Part shown: positions 52,756 through 64,000 of the stretch, one piece after another | Layout of the letters: each line of letters begins with the position of its first letter | Position numbering within the stretch: position 1 is the first letter of the stretch | DNA from: Octopus sinensis | Taxonomy: Eukaryota | NCBI RefSeq assembly: GCF_006345805.1 | Contig: NC_043000.1 | Span: forward strand, 134,602,001-134,666,000 | Length of the DNA stretch: 64,000 nt | Direction: 5' to 3' | Translations under genes and position numbers: made by a program | The notes under the pieces: generated by a model | Database searches by the model: none | What the model saw: the letters and a program-made list of their open reading frames with translations, nothing else | Told to the model about the DNA's origin: nothing

Positions 52756-52851
52756 TTAGCAGTTATGGAAGAAAATATGGTGATTGCTCTCTATTTTTGA
52801 AGGTGAAAAACAGTTTCCCTCTCACAAGTTATTGATTGACCCTGGGCTATA

Positions 52852-53071
52852 TCTCTTTTATTTGTTTCAGTCATTTGACTGTAGCCATGCTGGAGCACCG
52901 TCTTTAGTCAAGCAAATCAACCCCAGACTTATTCATTGGAAGCCTAGTACTTATTCTATCGGTGTCTTTTGCCAAACCGCTAAGTTACAGGGATATAAAC
53001 ACACCACCATCGGTTGTCAAGCGGTGTTGGTGGAGACAATCACAGACAGACAAACATATACACACACATGC

Positions 53072-53102
<31 letters not shown>

Positions 53103-53266
53103 TACGACGGGCTTATTTCAGTTTCCGTCTACCAAATCCACTCACAAGGCTTTGGTCGACCCGAGGCTATAGTAGAAGACACTTGCCCAAGGTGCCACGC
53201 AGTGGGACTGAACCCGGAATCATGTGGTAAGTAGCTTGCTACTTACCACACAGTCACTCCTGTGCC
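52852..53266 (-). mobile_element. SINE family A
   Basis: Reverse copy. Confidence 0.85.
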
Positions 53267-54950
53267 TGCTTATGCTAGTTACTGTGCAAAGGGATTGAAA
53301 CCAAAATGCTGTGATTGCAAAGTAAGCTTCTTGACTACATAGTCATATATATTTATATTTTTTTAAATGTTATTAAATGTACATAATTTAGACCATCACC
53401 AATAAATAATTTATTTCAACATGTCTTGTGATAACAGTCAGTTTCAAGTAATAGTTCTAATCTTTAAATCTTTCAACTTTATTGATATTTTTATTCTAAT
53501 TTAGATCTATACCACTAATACATATCAGAAAACAGAAACTAGTTAAATGATTTAAACACCTTTTTGTGATCTATAAGCAGTGGCAGCTTGTATATAGGCA
53601 CTGCAGAACTTCAGCACCCCCTATTTGATATTATTGATAACATTCAATATAATGAGTCCTTTTTTCCTTATATTCTTTCTTTATACTTGTACATTATATA
53701 ATCTTTAAGCTTAATGTCTGTAGCCATCCCCTAGTTTATGAAAAAAATACAAAAATTCTTCTTTAGAACTGTGCACTTCACAGTTTCAGCGATGCGGTGT
53801 TTGGCTGTTGTGTGTATGCTCACATGTCCAAGATAGGAAGCTTCATGCTAGGGAGAGACAGCATTGTCGTTCATGCAGTGCTGGTGAAAGGTAGTGTTTT
53901 TTTTTTATTCTGCATGTGTTGTGATTAAAAAAATTGTTTATATTCCTGAATGTGATAAAGTGTAGAATTAGAGTATTATCCTGCTTCCAGCTTCAGTGTT
54001 GCTGCCAGGATTTGAAAAATAGGGCAGATTTTTCCCCCCTTATTTTGTGATTTAGTTTTTTTTTTAATGAAAAACAAGGGGGAATTTGTGGCAGTGCTCA
54101 GTGAACAAATTAAACACACTATCCGGTAGTGGTTAAAATGCGAACTGATCAAGTTTATGTATAAATATTCTTTTTATATATTTGTTTCCACAATATTAAA
54201 ACAATAGCTAAAAATTTTCTGAAGCAGCACCCCAACTAATTTTATCTTTGATCTGCCACTGTCTATAAAGCATTTTCTGATATTTCCTTGTTGAATGAAC
54301 AAAAAGAAAAGAAAAGAAAAGAAAACAAACCAGTGATAAAATTGATGAAAAATATCAAACAGTATTTGACAAAAATTATAGAATAATATATTAGTCATAT
54401 AAAACAAAATATTTATATGATTATTAAAATGAATATTTTTAGAAGAGGATGCTCTAGCATGGCCTTAGCTATGATAGCTAAACGAACTAAAGAACTAACA
54501 ATCACATGAAAATGTAGCTCCAAGAAAAGAAAAAAAAATCAATTACATCAAAGAAAGCAGAGTAAAAATTTCCTATTTCAGAAATTTAGATATTTTAGAG
54601 CTAAAACAAAAACAATAAAAAAAGAATACACAATTTAAGGAATCAATCCACTATTGATCAGAGGTTATTGAACAGTTCTTTTTTTTTGCCAATACATCCT
54701 TAACATTAGAATACTATAAGACAAAGAAGTATGAGCGTCACATGTAGTGGGTTAAATATAGGTCACTTATAGGTTGTAATGAGGAAAGAAGACAATTATC
54801 TCTATTAAGGGTAATAAAAAACTGGAAGTTAAATGTTACAACTGATAAAACTGTATAGAAAATCAAAATTAGACATGCCATTTGGTAGCAAGTTTTAAGA
54901 CAGAGATAGTACTTTCAGTTTTCTCATATTACCAACAGAGGTTTCAGACA

Positions 54951-54952
<2 letters not shown>

Positions 54953-54981
<29 letters not shown>

Positions 54982-55490
54982 CCATCGTTTAACATCCGCT
55001 TTCCATGCTTGCATGGGTTGGACGATTTGACTGAGGCCTGGCGAACCAGATGGCTGCACCAGACTCCAATCTGATCGGGCAGAGTTTCTACAGCTGGATG
55101 CCCTTCCTAATGTCAACCACTGTTAGAGTGTAGTGGGTGCTTTTACGTGCCACTGGCACGAGGGCCAGTCAGGCAGTACTGGCAATGGTGATGCTCAAAT
55201 GGTGCTTTTTACGTGCCACCTGCACAGGAGCCAGTCCAGCAGCACTGGCAACGACCTTGCTTGTATGTTTTCTCACGTGCCCCCAGCACAAGTGCCAGTG
55301 AGGCGATGCAAGTAACGATCACGCCCGAATGGTGCTTTTTACGTGTCACCAGCATGGAGGCCAGTTTGTTGCTCCGGCAACGATCACACTCGTATGGTAT
55401 TCTTAGCGCTCCACTAGCACAGATGCCAGCCATCGAATTTGATTTTGATTTCAATTTCACTTGCCTCAACAGGTCTTCACAAGCATTCAC
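54953..55490 (-). mobile_element. RTE 3'-UTR copy (family D), long
   Basis: Extends to cttgcctcaac, matching the RTE 3' UTR near 58070. Confidence 0.8.
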
Positions 55491-56897
55491 TGGAAACTAA
55501 GAAATGCTGTAAGTTTGAAGTACTATATTTGATGGCATTAAGGATGTATGGACAAGTTAGCTGCCCTCCAATTTTAACAGCATATATTCAGGGGGCAATA
55601 GTTTTGAGTGCATAAATGCTTATAGGGGGCCCAACTTCACACTTGGTGTGATTTTTTGAAACATTTTTTGGGGAAAAATTTTTGATCTTATATGCCATAA
55701 AATACGGTATTTGTCAAGATTTAGCAATTGATAGTCAAATTGATGTAAAGTAAAAAGTAAGAATAATAAACCTTATTAAAAATAAAATGCACAGTCAGCC
55801 ATCACTTACAAACAAGTATGGCTTGGTAACATGTACTATGCTTTCAGCAATTGTTTTAGGTGTCTATGTTGTCACAAGCAAGCATAGATACTCTCTTGAT
55901 CTCCTAACACTTGATCCTGTGATACATCCAGAATATGACAGCTGGACAGAGAGATAGCTGTGCAAGCACCTAGTTGGTTCTTATTTACAGCTGAGTAGAC
56001 TGGAGCAACATGAAATGAAATGCCTTGTCCAAGGCTACATTGATCTATCTGGGAACTGTACCCATGAGATTAGGATCATGAACCAAACACTTTAGCCACT
56101 ATGCTACAAAATTCCAGATAATATTAAATAGTTTCAGAAGTTTCGTCTACTCCTACATATTGGCCAATCAATATTGATTAACTCACCAAATAGCATTATT
56201 CTTCTGGGTTCAGTAAATAGGTGCCAAATTCACACCACCATTGAGAAGTTCATGTCTGGAACTGATAAACAATTGCTCCAGTAACTTCTGCAAATAACTG
56301 AATGTTGAGAAATTACCCCAATCTCTATTTTTATAGCATGGTAAAACTAAATTTGCAAATATGGAAAAGATAAAATGAAGCAAAAAAAAAAAAAAAAGAA
56401 GAGAGAAAAGAAGGAAAAATCACCATCATGAATTTCTGCACAGTTGGTTTCTTACAAAGTAATGATGTTATATAATAATTTAAATGAGAGTTGACCTAAG
56501 TATAAGCTATTCTTTATAACTGTCAAAACTCGTTTAGACATATTTCAGTTAATCTTCATAAATCTATATAGCTCTATCTATTGTGATTTTCACATGACAC
56601 CATGACTGACATCACTGAAAAGGAGGAGCCTGGCTAGAAATGTAAAGTTCAATGAGCCATATTTGCTTCGTAAACCGAAGTTGTACTGTAGAATTCCATC
56701 TCATCACGCTTGCTGAATAATCAATTTATGATGTAATCAGCTGAAATACTCTTCTCTTAGCTGAAACAAAATTCATTTCTCTTGTTTCAAACAACATTTA
56801 GCAAAATATAAACAATTAAGTCAACAATAGAAAGAGTGGAAAATGAATATATATATATATATATATATATTCATTTCCCCTCTTTCTATATATATAT

Positions 56898-57305
56898 ACT
56901 CTCTACTCTTTTACTTGTTTCAGTCATTTGACTGCAGCCATGCTGGAGCACCGCCTTTTGTCGAGCAACTCGACCCCGGGACTTATTCTTTGTAAGCCCA
57001 GTACTTATTCTATCGGTCGCTTTTGCTGAACCGCTAAGTGACGGGGACGTAAACACACCAGCATCGGTTGTCAAGCAATGCTAGGGGGACAAACACAGAT
57101 ACACAAACACACGCACATACATATATATATATATACATATATACGACAGGCTTCTTTCAGTTTCCGTCTACCAAATCCACTCACAAGGCATTGGTTGGCC
57201 CGGGGCTATAGCAGAAGACACTTGCCCAAGATGCCACGCAGTGGGACTGAACTCGGAACCATGTGGTTGGTTAGCAAGGTACTTACCACACAGCCACTCC
57301 TGCGC
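56898..57305 (-). mobile_element. SINE family A, full length
   Basis: Reverse copy abutting the RTE tail. Confidence 0.9.
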
Positions 57306-60300
57306 ATCATCATCATCATCATCGTCGTTTAACGTCCGTTCTCCATGCTAGCATGGGTTGGACGGTTCGACCGGGGTTCTGGGAAGCCAGAAGGCTGCAC
57401 CAGGCTCCAGTCTAATTTGGCAATGTTTCTACAGCTGGATGCCCTTCCTAACGCCAACCACTCCGTGAGTGTAGTGGGTGCTTTTTACGTGCCACCTGCA
57501 CAGGTGCCAGGCGGTGCTGGCAACGGCCACGGTCAGATTGGTGTATTTTATGTGCCACCGGCACGGAAGCCAGTCGAGGCGGTGCTGGCATCGGCCACGA
57601 GTCGGATAGTGCTTTTTACGTACCACCAGACCAGGGATCCTGGCTGGTTCAATTCGATTTCGATTTCGCTTGCCCCAACATGTCTTCACAAGCAAAGGGG
57701 GTTGGCAAGGGTGCCTGTCGTACGGTCGCATTGGAGTATTTTACGTGCCACGGCCACGAGTCGGATAGTGCTTTTTACGTACCACCAGACCAGGGATCCT
57801 GGCTGGTTCAATTCGATTTCGATTTCGCTTGCCCCAACATGTCTTCACAAGCAAAGGGGGTTGGCATGGGTGCCTGTCGTACGGTCGCATTGGAGTATTT
57901 TACGTGCCACGGCCACGAGTCGGATAGTGCTTTTTACGTACCACCAGGCCAGGGATCCTGGCTGGTTCAATTCGGTTTCGATTTCGATTTCGCTTGCCCC
58001 AACATGTCTTCGCAAGCATGGGGGGTTGGCATGGGTGTCTGTCGTCGGATGAGGTTCTATATCGACTTCGCTTGCCTCAACCGGTCTTTGTGTCCAAGGG
58101 AGGAAAGGCATTCATAAGTGGGCTGGGCTCACTTGTCCTGCCTGGTCTTCTCACGTACAGAATATTTCCAAAGGTCTCGGTCTCTGGTCATTTCCTCAGT
58201 GAGGCCTAAAGTTCGAAGGTCGTGCTTCACCACCTCATCCCAGGTTTTCCTGGGTCTACCTCTTCCACGGGTTCCCTCAACTGCTAGGGATTGGCACTTT
58301 CTCACACACCTATCTTCATCCATTCTCGCCACATGACCATACCAGCGCAATCGTCTCTCTTGCACACCACAACTGATGCTTCTTAGGTACAACATTTCTC
58401 TCAAGGTGCTAACGCTCTGTCGAGTATGTACACTGACATTACACATCCATCGGAGCATACTGGCTTCATTCCTCACGAGCTTATGCATGTCCTCAGCAGT
58501 CACGGCCCATGTTTCGCTGCCATGTAGCATGGCTGTTCGTACACACGCATCATACAGTCTGCCTTTTACTCTGAGCGAGAGGCCTTTAGTCACCAGCAGA
58601 GGTAAGAGCTCCCTAAACTTTGCCCAGGCTATTCTTATTCTAGCAGTTACACTTTCAGCGCACCCACCCCCACTACTGACTTGGTCACCTAGATAACGGA
58701 AGCTATCAACTACTTCTAGTTTTTCCCCCTGGAGAGTGACGGAAGTTGTTTTCTGCAGATTTTCGGAGGTTAATGCTCCCGAGCATCTGCCACATACAAA
58801 AACTATCTTCCCAGTTAGCCTACCTTTGACATTGCTGCACCTCTTATGTGTCCATAGCTTACACTGGGTACATCTTATAGAGTTTCTACCTACACCTTTT
58901 CTACAGATCGAGCAGGGCCATCTTCCTGAAGATATTTGTGGATTGTCTACCTTTCTACTTATTAGTACTTTGGTTTTAGCTAGGTTGACTCTAAGGCCCC
59001 TTGATTCTAAACCCTCCTTCCACACCTGGAACTTCTCCTCCAGTTCTGATAGTGACTCAGCAATAAGAGCAAGGTCGTCAGTGTAGAGGAGCTCCCAGGG
59101 ACAGCCTGTCTTGAATTCCTCCGTAATTGCCTGGAGAACTATGATATAGGAGGGGGCTGAGTACTGAACCCTGGTGGACCCCAACCTCTACTTTGAATTC
59201 TTCTGTGTACATGTTGCCAACCCTAACCTTACTTACGGCATCTCTGTACATGGCTTGCACAGTCCTCACCAGCCATTCATCTATCCCTAGTTTCCTCATT
59301 GACCACCAGATAAGGGATCGGGGGACCCTATCAAAAGCTTTCTCCATGTCAACGAAAGCCAGGTACAGGGGCTTATCTTTGGCTAGGTATTTCTCCTGCA
59401 GCTGCCTTACCAGGAATATAGCATCAGTGGTACTTTTCCCTGGCACGAACCCAAACTGCATCTCATCTAAACTAACTCTCTCTCTAATTAGTTGGGCTAT
59501 GACCCTCTCCGTAACCTTCATTACTTGATCCAACAGCTTGATACCTCTGTAATTATTTGTATCTAGGGCATCACCTTTACCTTTGTAGCAGTTGACTAGT
59601 ATGCTGCTGCACCAGTCATTGGGTATGACTCCTTCGTGTATCACCTGGTTGACTATACGGGTGACTAGGTTATAGCCGACACTGCCAGATATTTTGAGCA
59701 TCTCTGCAGTAATTCCTGATGGGCCTGGGGCTTTCCCTGTCTTCATGCTTCTAATTGCCTTAGCTACCACGGAACTATCAACTCGGATAGCTGGTCCCTC
59801 TGTAGGGTCAACATTCGGCAGACTCTCTTTATCCCATTCATTTTCCTCATTCAGTAACCTTTCATAGTGGCGTCTCCAAGCTTCTCTCTTTGCATCCTCA
59901 TTTAGCGCAAGTGAACCATCCTCCATGCGAACACATTTCTCTCCTACCACATCACGATTCTCTCTCACACACTGTCTTGCAACACGAAATACCTCAAGTC
60001 TTTCATCCTCACGGCGCAGGACATTGGCAAATTTTCTCTTATCTGCTTCCCCTCTGGCTAGATAGACCTGTCTCCTAGCTTCCCTTCTGGCAGTCTGATA
60101 CCCTTCCCTGCTACCACCGTTCTTCCAGGCCTTCCAAGCCTGTTTCTTTTGTCTAATAGCCCTGTCAACAATATTGTTCCACCACCACGTTATTTGGGTC
60201 TTAAGGGGACTTTGCACCAGGCACAGATCTGGTCAGCGGCTTTCAGCAGGTTGTCCCTCAGAAACGTCCAGTTGTCTTCTACCCCATGTGTAGCTATACC

Positions 60301-60988
60301 CCTTCCACTTCGTCAAAGGCTTCAAGTAACATATCTCTAAATCTCTGTCCATTTGCAGGGGCTTTAAGCTTCCAGACCCTTCTTCTCCATGTTGGTCATC
60401 TTCTAGTCGCCCTCTTAGTCCTGATCCTAAAGTCACTAACTACCAGTCTATGTTGTGGGGTGCATTCTTCGCCTGGGAAGGTTTTGGCATTTTTAAGCAG
60501 CCATCTTTCCCTTTTTCTGGCAGGATGTAGTCGATTTGGCTAGTATGCCGGCCCGATCGGTAGGTGACCAGGTGGCTTGTTGGTTTCCTGAAGTTAGTGT
60601 TGCAGACCATAAGACTATTCGCATCGCAGAACTCCAGCAGCCTGGTTCCTCCTCGTTGCGGGAACCATAACCGTAGCCTCCATGTACGCCATGGAAGCCC
60701 CCAGCATGTCGTCCAACATGCCCATTGAAATCACCAGCCACAAAGAGAAGGTCCCTGTCGTTCGTCGATGAGGTGGTCTGCAGTAGGGTGTCATAGAAAC
60801 TGTCTTCTGTCCATCGGGTAGCCCTGGCTGAGGGGCATAGGCCGATATAATGGTTGCTAATCTATTATGAAGCACTATTCTAATCTTAAGTATTCTGTCA
60901 CTTACTCTGATTACCTCAATTACTCTATCTATCCATTTCTCAGCGATAAGTATACCCACGCCACCAACCCCGTCAGTGTTCCCTGCCA
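57306..60988 (-). mobile_element. RTE-clade LINE, 5'-truncated, about 3.7 kb
   Basis: APE plus RT in one interrupted ORF, 0.8-kb 3' UTR, (GAT)n tail. Confidence 0.95.
57592..58045. repeat. 159-bp tandem repeat, about 2.85 copies, in the RTE 3' UTR
   Basis: Units start at 57592, 57751, 57910. Confidence 0.92.
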
Positions 60989-60989
60989 T
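58129..60989 (-). pseudogene. RTE endonuclease/reverse transcriptase, frameshifted
   Basis: ISAYAPQ, AGDFNGHVG (APE); NYRGIKLL, QFGFVPGKSTTDAIF, FVDMEKAFDRVP, GVHQGSVLSPLL, YTDD (59074-59085); several frameshifts. Confidence 0.92.
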
Positions 60990-61589
60990 ATATATATATA
61001 TATATATCTATAAATTAATTTGTCATTTCATATATCTGAATTGTATAAAATAAGGATGAATGTACATTCTTAATGGCTGAATAATTTGGGTAAATAGAAG
61101 GCACAAAACATTTCTCACTGCTTAGGACGTTTTACTGGTAAGTGATCAAATCATGTGATATACATTTGGATTTTTTCCCTTAAGGTCTTCCATCCATTTT
61201 ACATGATTGTATGAATGAGATGTTTTCCCGAGAAGAGATTGTCCTTACCAATGGACTGTTTTTACTTTACTACCCCAAATTGGCATAGAACCTGTTTTGT
61301 TAGGTAAACCAGAGTGGAGTTATATTCCTTACTTAGGAGTACCATACAACAGCCGTAGTAGTAATAAGATATAAGCTTATGATCATGTGCTCAGCAGAAG
61401 TCCAGCATTCTAATCTTGTTGCCACTCTGCTTCATTAGTTGTGATTCTGTTTATTGACCCATCGTATAAATGTTAGGTGGCATTAAGAAGTTGCCTTATA
61501 ATAACTGAATATCTTTTGTTTTTCTCAATTTATACAGGCCAAAATCATTACAGTGTTGGACAAAATGCCTTCTATCATATATATATATA

Positions 61590-61621
<32 letters not shown>

Positions 61622-62077
61622 AATTTATAGATAAGGATAATATCGATATTTAAATATTGATCTTATCAAGTGGCCAGCATGGGAATAAATACCATACAAA
61701 GGTAATAATTATTTAAAACTATAAATTAGGGTATCTGAGAGATACCACCATGCTGAAATAGCAGTCAAAACCCTGACCCTAAAGCCACCTTAAATATTCA
61801 TATCGCGCTAGGAGAGAAGATAGAAAGACAAAATAAACTAGCAAAAAAGATTTTTCTGGATAATTCAAGATCCTGGATTTCTGACTTTGCATGAGAAGCT
61901 CTGCCTTCTTCAGTTGAATATACCAGGTAGGCACATAAATGCAGATATATATATATATACAGAACATACATTATACTTACATATACAAACGCTCATACAT
62001 ACATATATATGCACGTACGTACAAGACCAGTTTAAATTGCCCGCCAAACAGCTCCATGCGCGATATATATATATATA

Positions 62078-62215
62078 TCACCATCATCTAACGTCCGTTT
62101 TCCATGCTGACATGGGTTGGATGGTTTGACTGAAAACTGGTAAGCAGGGAGGTGCACCAGGTTCCAATCTGATTTGGCATGGTTTCTATGGCTGGATGCC
62201 CTCCCTAATGCCAAC
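62078..62215 (-). mobile_element. Family D tail fragment
   Basis: RTE 3' end. Confidence 0.7.
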
Positions 62216-62483
62216 AGATATGTGTGTATGCTTATGTCTCTTTGCTTTGACATTGTGTGATAGTTATAAATGAGTGTCACTGTCATATACACAACATCAT
62301 TTATTTCCAACATTTTGCAAAAACGTTTGGGCAAGTATTTATTACCTTGCTTAGAAAATGGTGAAGGTTGGTTGAAAGGAAGGGCATCTGACAGTCAAAA
62401 AGCTGCTTCAATAAACTCAACTCAAGCAAGCATGGAAAAGTGGATGTTGATACAATGGTGATAATAATATTACTAATATCTAT

Positions 62484-62710
62484 AAGGTGGCAGAAACGTT
62501 AGCACACTGGATGAAATGCTTAGCAGTATTTCGTCTGTCTTTACATTCTGAGTTCAAATTCCACAGAGGTTGACTTTGCCTTTCATCCTTTTTTGGGGGT
62601 GGGGTGGGGGGTCGATAAATTAAGTACCAGTTGCATACTGAGGTCAATCTAATTGACTGCCCCACCTCCCTCAAAATTTCAGGCCTTGTGCCTAGAGTAG
62701 AAAACAAAAG
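62484..62710 (+). mobile_element. B-related SINE
   Basis: Head, B-box, core. Confidence 0.7.
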
Positions 62711-63172
62711 ACTATTACTAATATCTATGCTATTGACCGTAGAGAATGAAAGGCTGTTAACATTGATGGGATTTGTATGGTACTGAAGTTTAAAAGCTAA
62801 CAACTTAGCACTTTCCTCCAACCTTTTAATAACAATACTTTCCCATGTAAAAAAACAAAATATTTAGAGAAAGAAAAGTCATTCAAAATACAAATGCCTT
62901 TCTCAAGACATTCCAAATGAGCATTAAAATAGTTATAAACTCAATTCATCGGAAACAGCTCTTTGACTGCACTATAAAAGATTAAAGACTCTATTTGCAA
63001 AAAGTTCTCACTCTTAAATATAAATAACTATTTCATTACATAAGCAGGGAGCCTAAGGTCTTTAAGAGAAATAGGAAATGTAGTGGCATATTCTTTCTCA
63101 TTTGAGTGACGTGGTAAAATAAGTTAAAATGGTAAGGAGCCAAACCTGCTTGAGTGTTCAATTTATCAACAA

Positions 63173-63900
63173 GTGGGCGTTATTGTTGACAGCGATTTGC
63201 GTTGGACAAAACACATTGCTAAAATTGCCAAGAAGGCTGAGGGTGTCTTGGCATCACTCACCAAGTCCTTTGTGAGCCACTCTCCAGCTTTATATAGCTA
63301 TGGTACGACCTCACCTGGAATTTGCATCACTGGTTTGGAACCCCTATCTTGTCCAGGATATTAATCGTTTGGAAGCTGTTCAGCGACGTGCAACCAAGAG
63401 AATACTCTCCATCAGGCATTTGCTATATTCTGAATGCCTTACTTCCCTGGGCATGGACACATTGAAACTCCGACGTCTGGCAGCTGACTTGGCAGACACC
63501 CATAGAATTATTAACCATCTTACAAACAATAACTCTGAGCACCTCTTCAAACTTCACCTGTCTAACACCCGTGGACATGTTTACAAAATCAGAAAACAGC
63601 ACAGCTCCCATGACTTTCGGAAACACTTTTTCATGCTAAGAGTTGCTGAAGCATGGAACAGACTGCCGGCATCAGTTGTTAGTTGTCGGAGCACTGCATC
63701 CTTCAAAACTTCCATGCTTCTTGAGATTTGCCAACACTACACCTGATTTTCTCCCCTCCATACACACACAAGCATGCATCTGACTCATACACTGTTCGCT
63801 TTCCAGACATTTGTACATTACTACATATGTTTTATACGCACTTTTGACAAATTGTGGTGCACCTGAGCACTGTATACAATAATTTCATTATTATATTATT
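63173..63900 (+). mobile_element. CR1-clade LINE 3' end
   Basis: GVIVDSDL, VRPHLEFAS.VWNP, LEAVQRRATK, TRGH.YK, RVAEAWNRLP; (ATT)-type tail. Confidence 0.88.
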
Positions 63901-64000
63901 AAATAGACATAATTCAGTAACAACTATAATTATTAACCCTTGTTATTAAATGCAATTAATGAGGGTGGATTGGCTGAATTCTTAGTCAGATAAAATGCCA

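Noticed and set aside
57345-58052. 235-aa plus-strand ORF with 53-aa repeats as a gene
   Set aside because: Antisense to the RTE 3' UTR; explained by the 159-bp tandem

Overview
AT-rich, microsatellite- and transposon-dense eukaryotic DNA. The repeat landscape is most consistent with a coleoid cephalopod (Octopus-like); this is an inference, no search was run. No host protein-coding gene, tRNA or rRNA can be called with confidence. Three tRNA-headed SINE families (labelled A, B, C) and many 3'-UTR-only RTE LINE copies (D) dominate. Larger elements are a 5'-truncated, frameshifted RTE LINE (57306-60988, minus), an older RTE relic (about 42.8-44.8 kb), a CR1 3' end, a decayed hAT (SPIN/Charlie-like) transposon (48361-50926) and a DD37D/maT mariner relic. 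There are also non-autonomous Helitrons and MITEs with Merlin-, Kolobok- and piggyBac-type ends. The most interesting signal is a set of five minimal type-I hammerhead ribozyme motifs (11175, 18191, 20560, 20890, 52679) in short Penelope-like elements. Three unrelated copies share the same core variant CCGAUGA instead of CUGAUGA, and one is enclosed by a 43-bp inverted repeat. CpG density falls sharply at about 26.5 kb, suggesting the edge of a methylated (gene-body-like) domain, with a TTAA-flanked MITE at the border.
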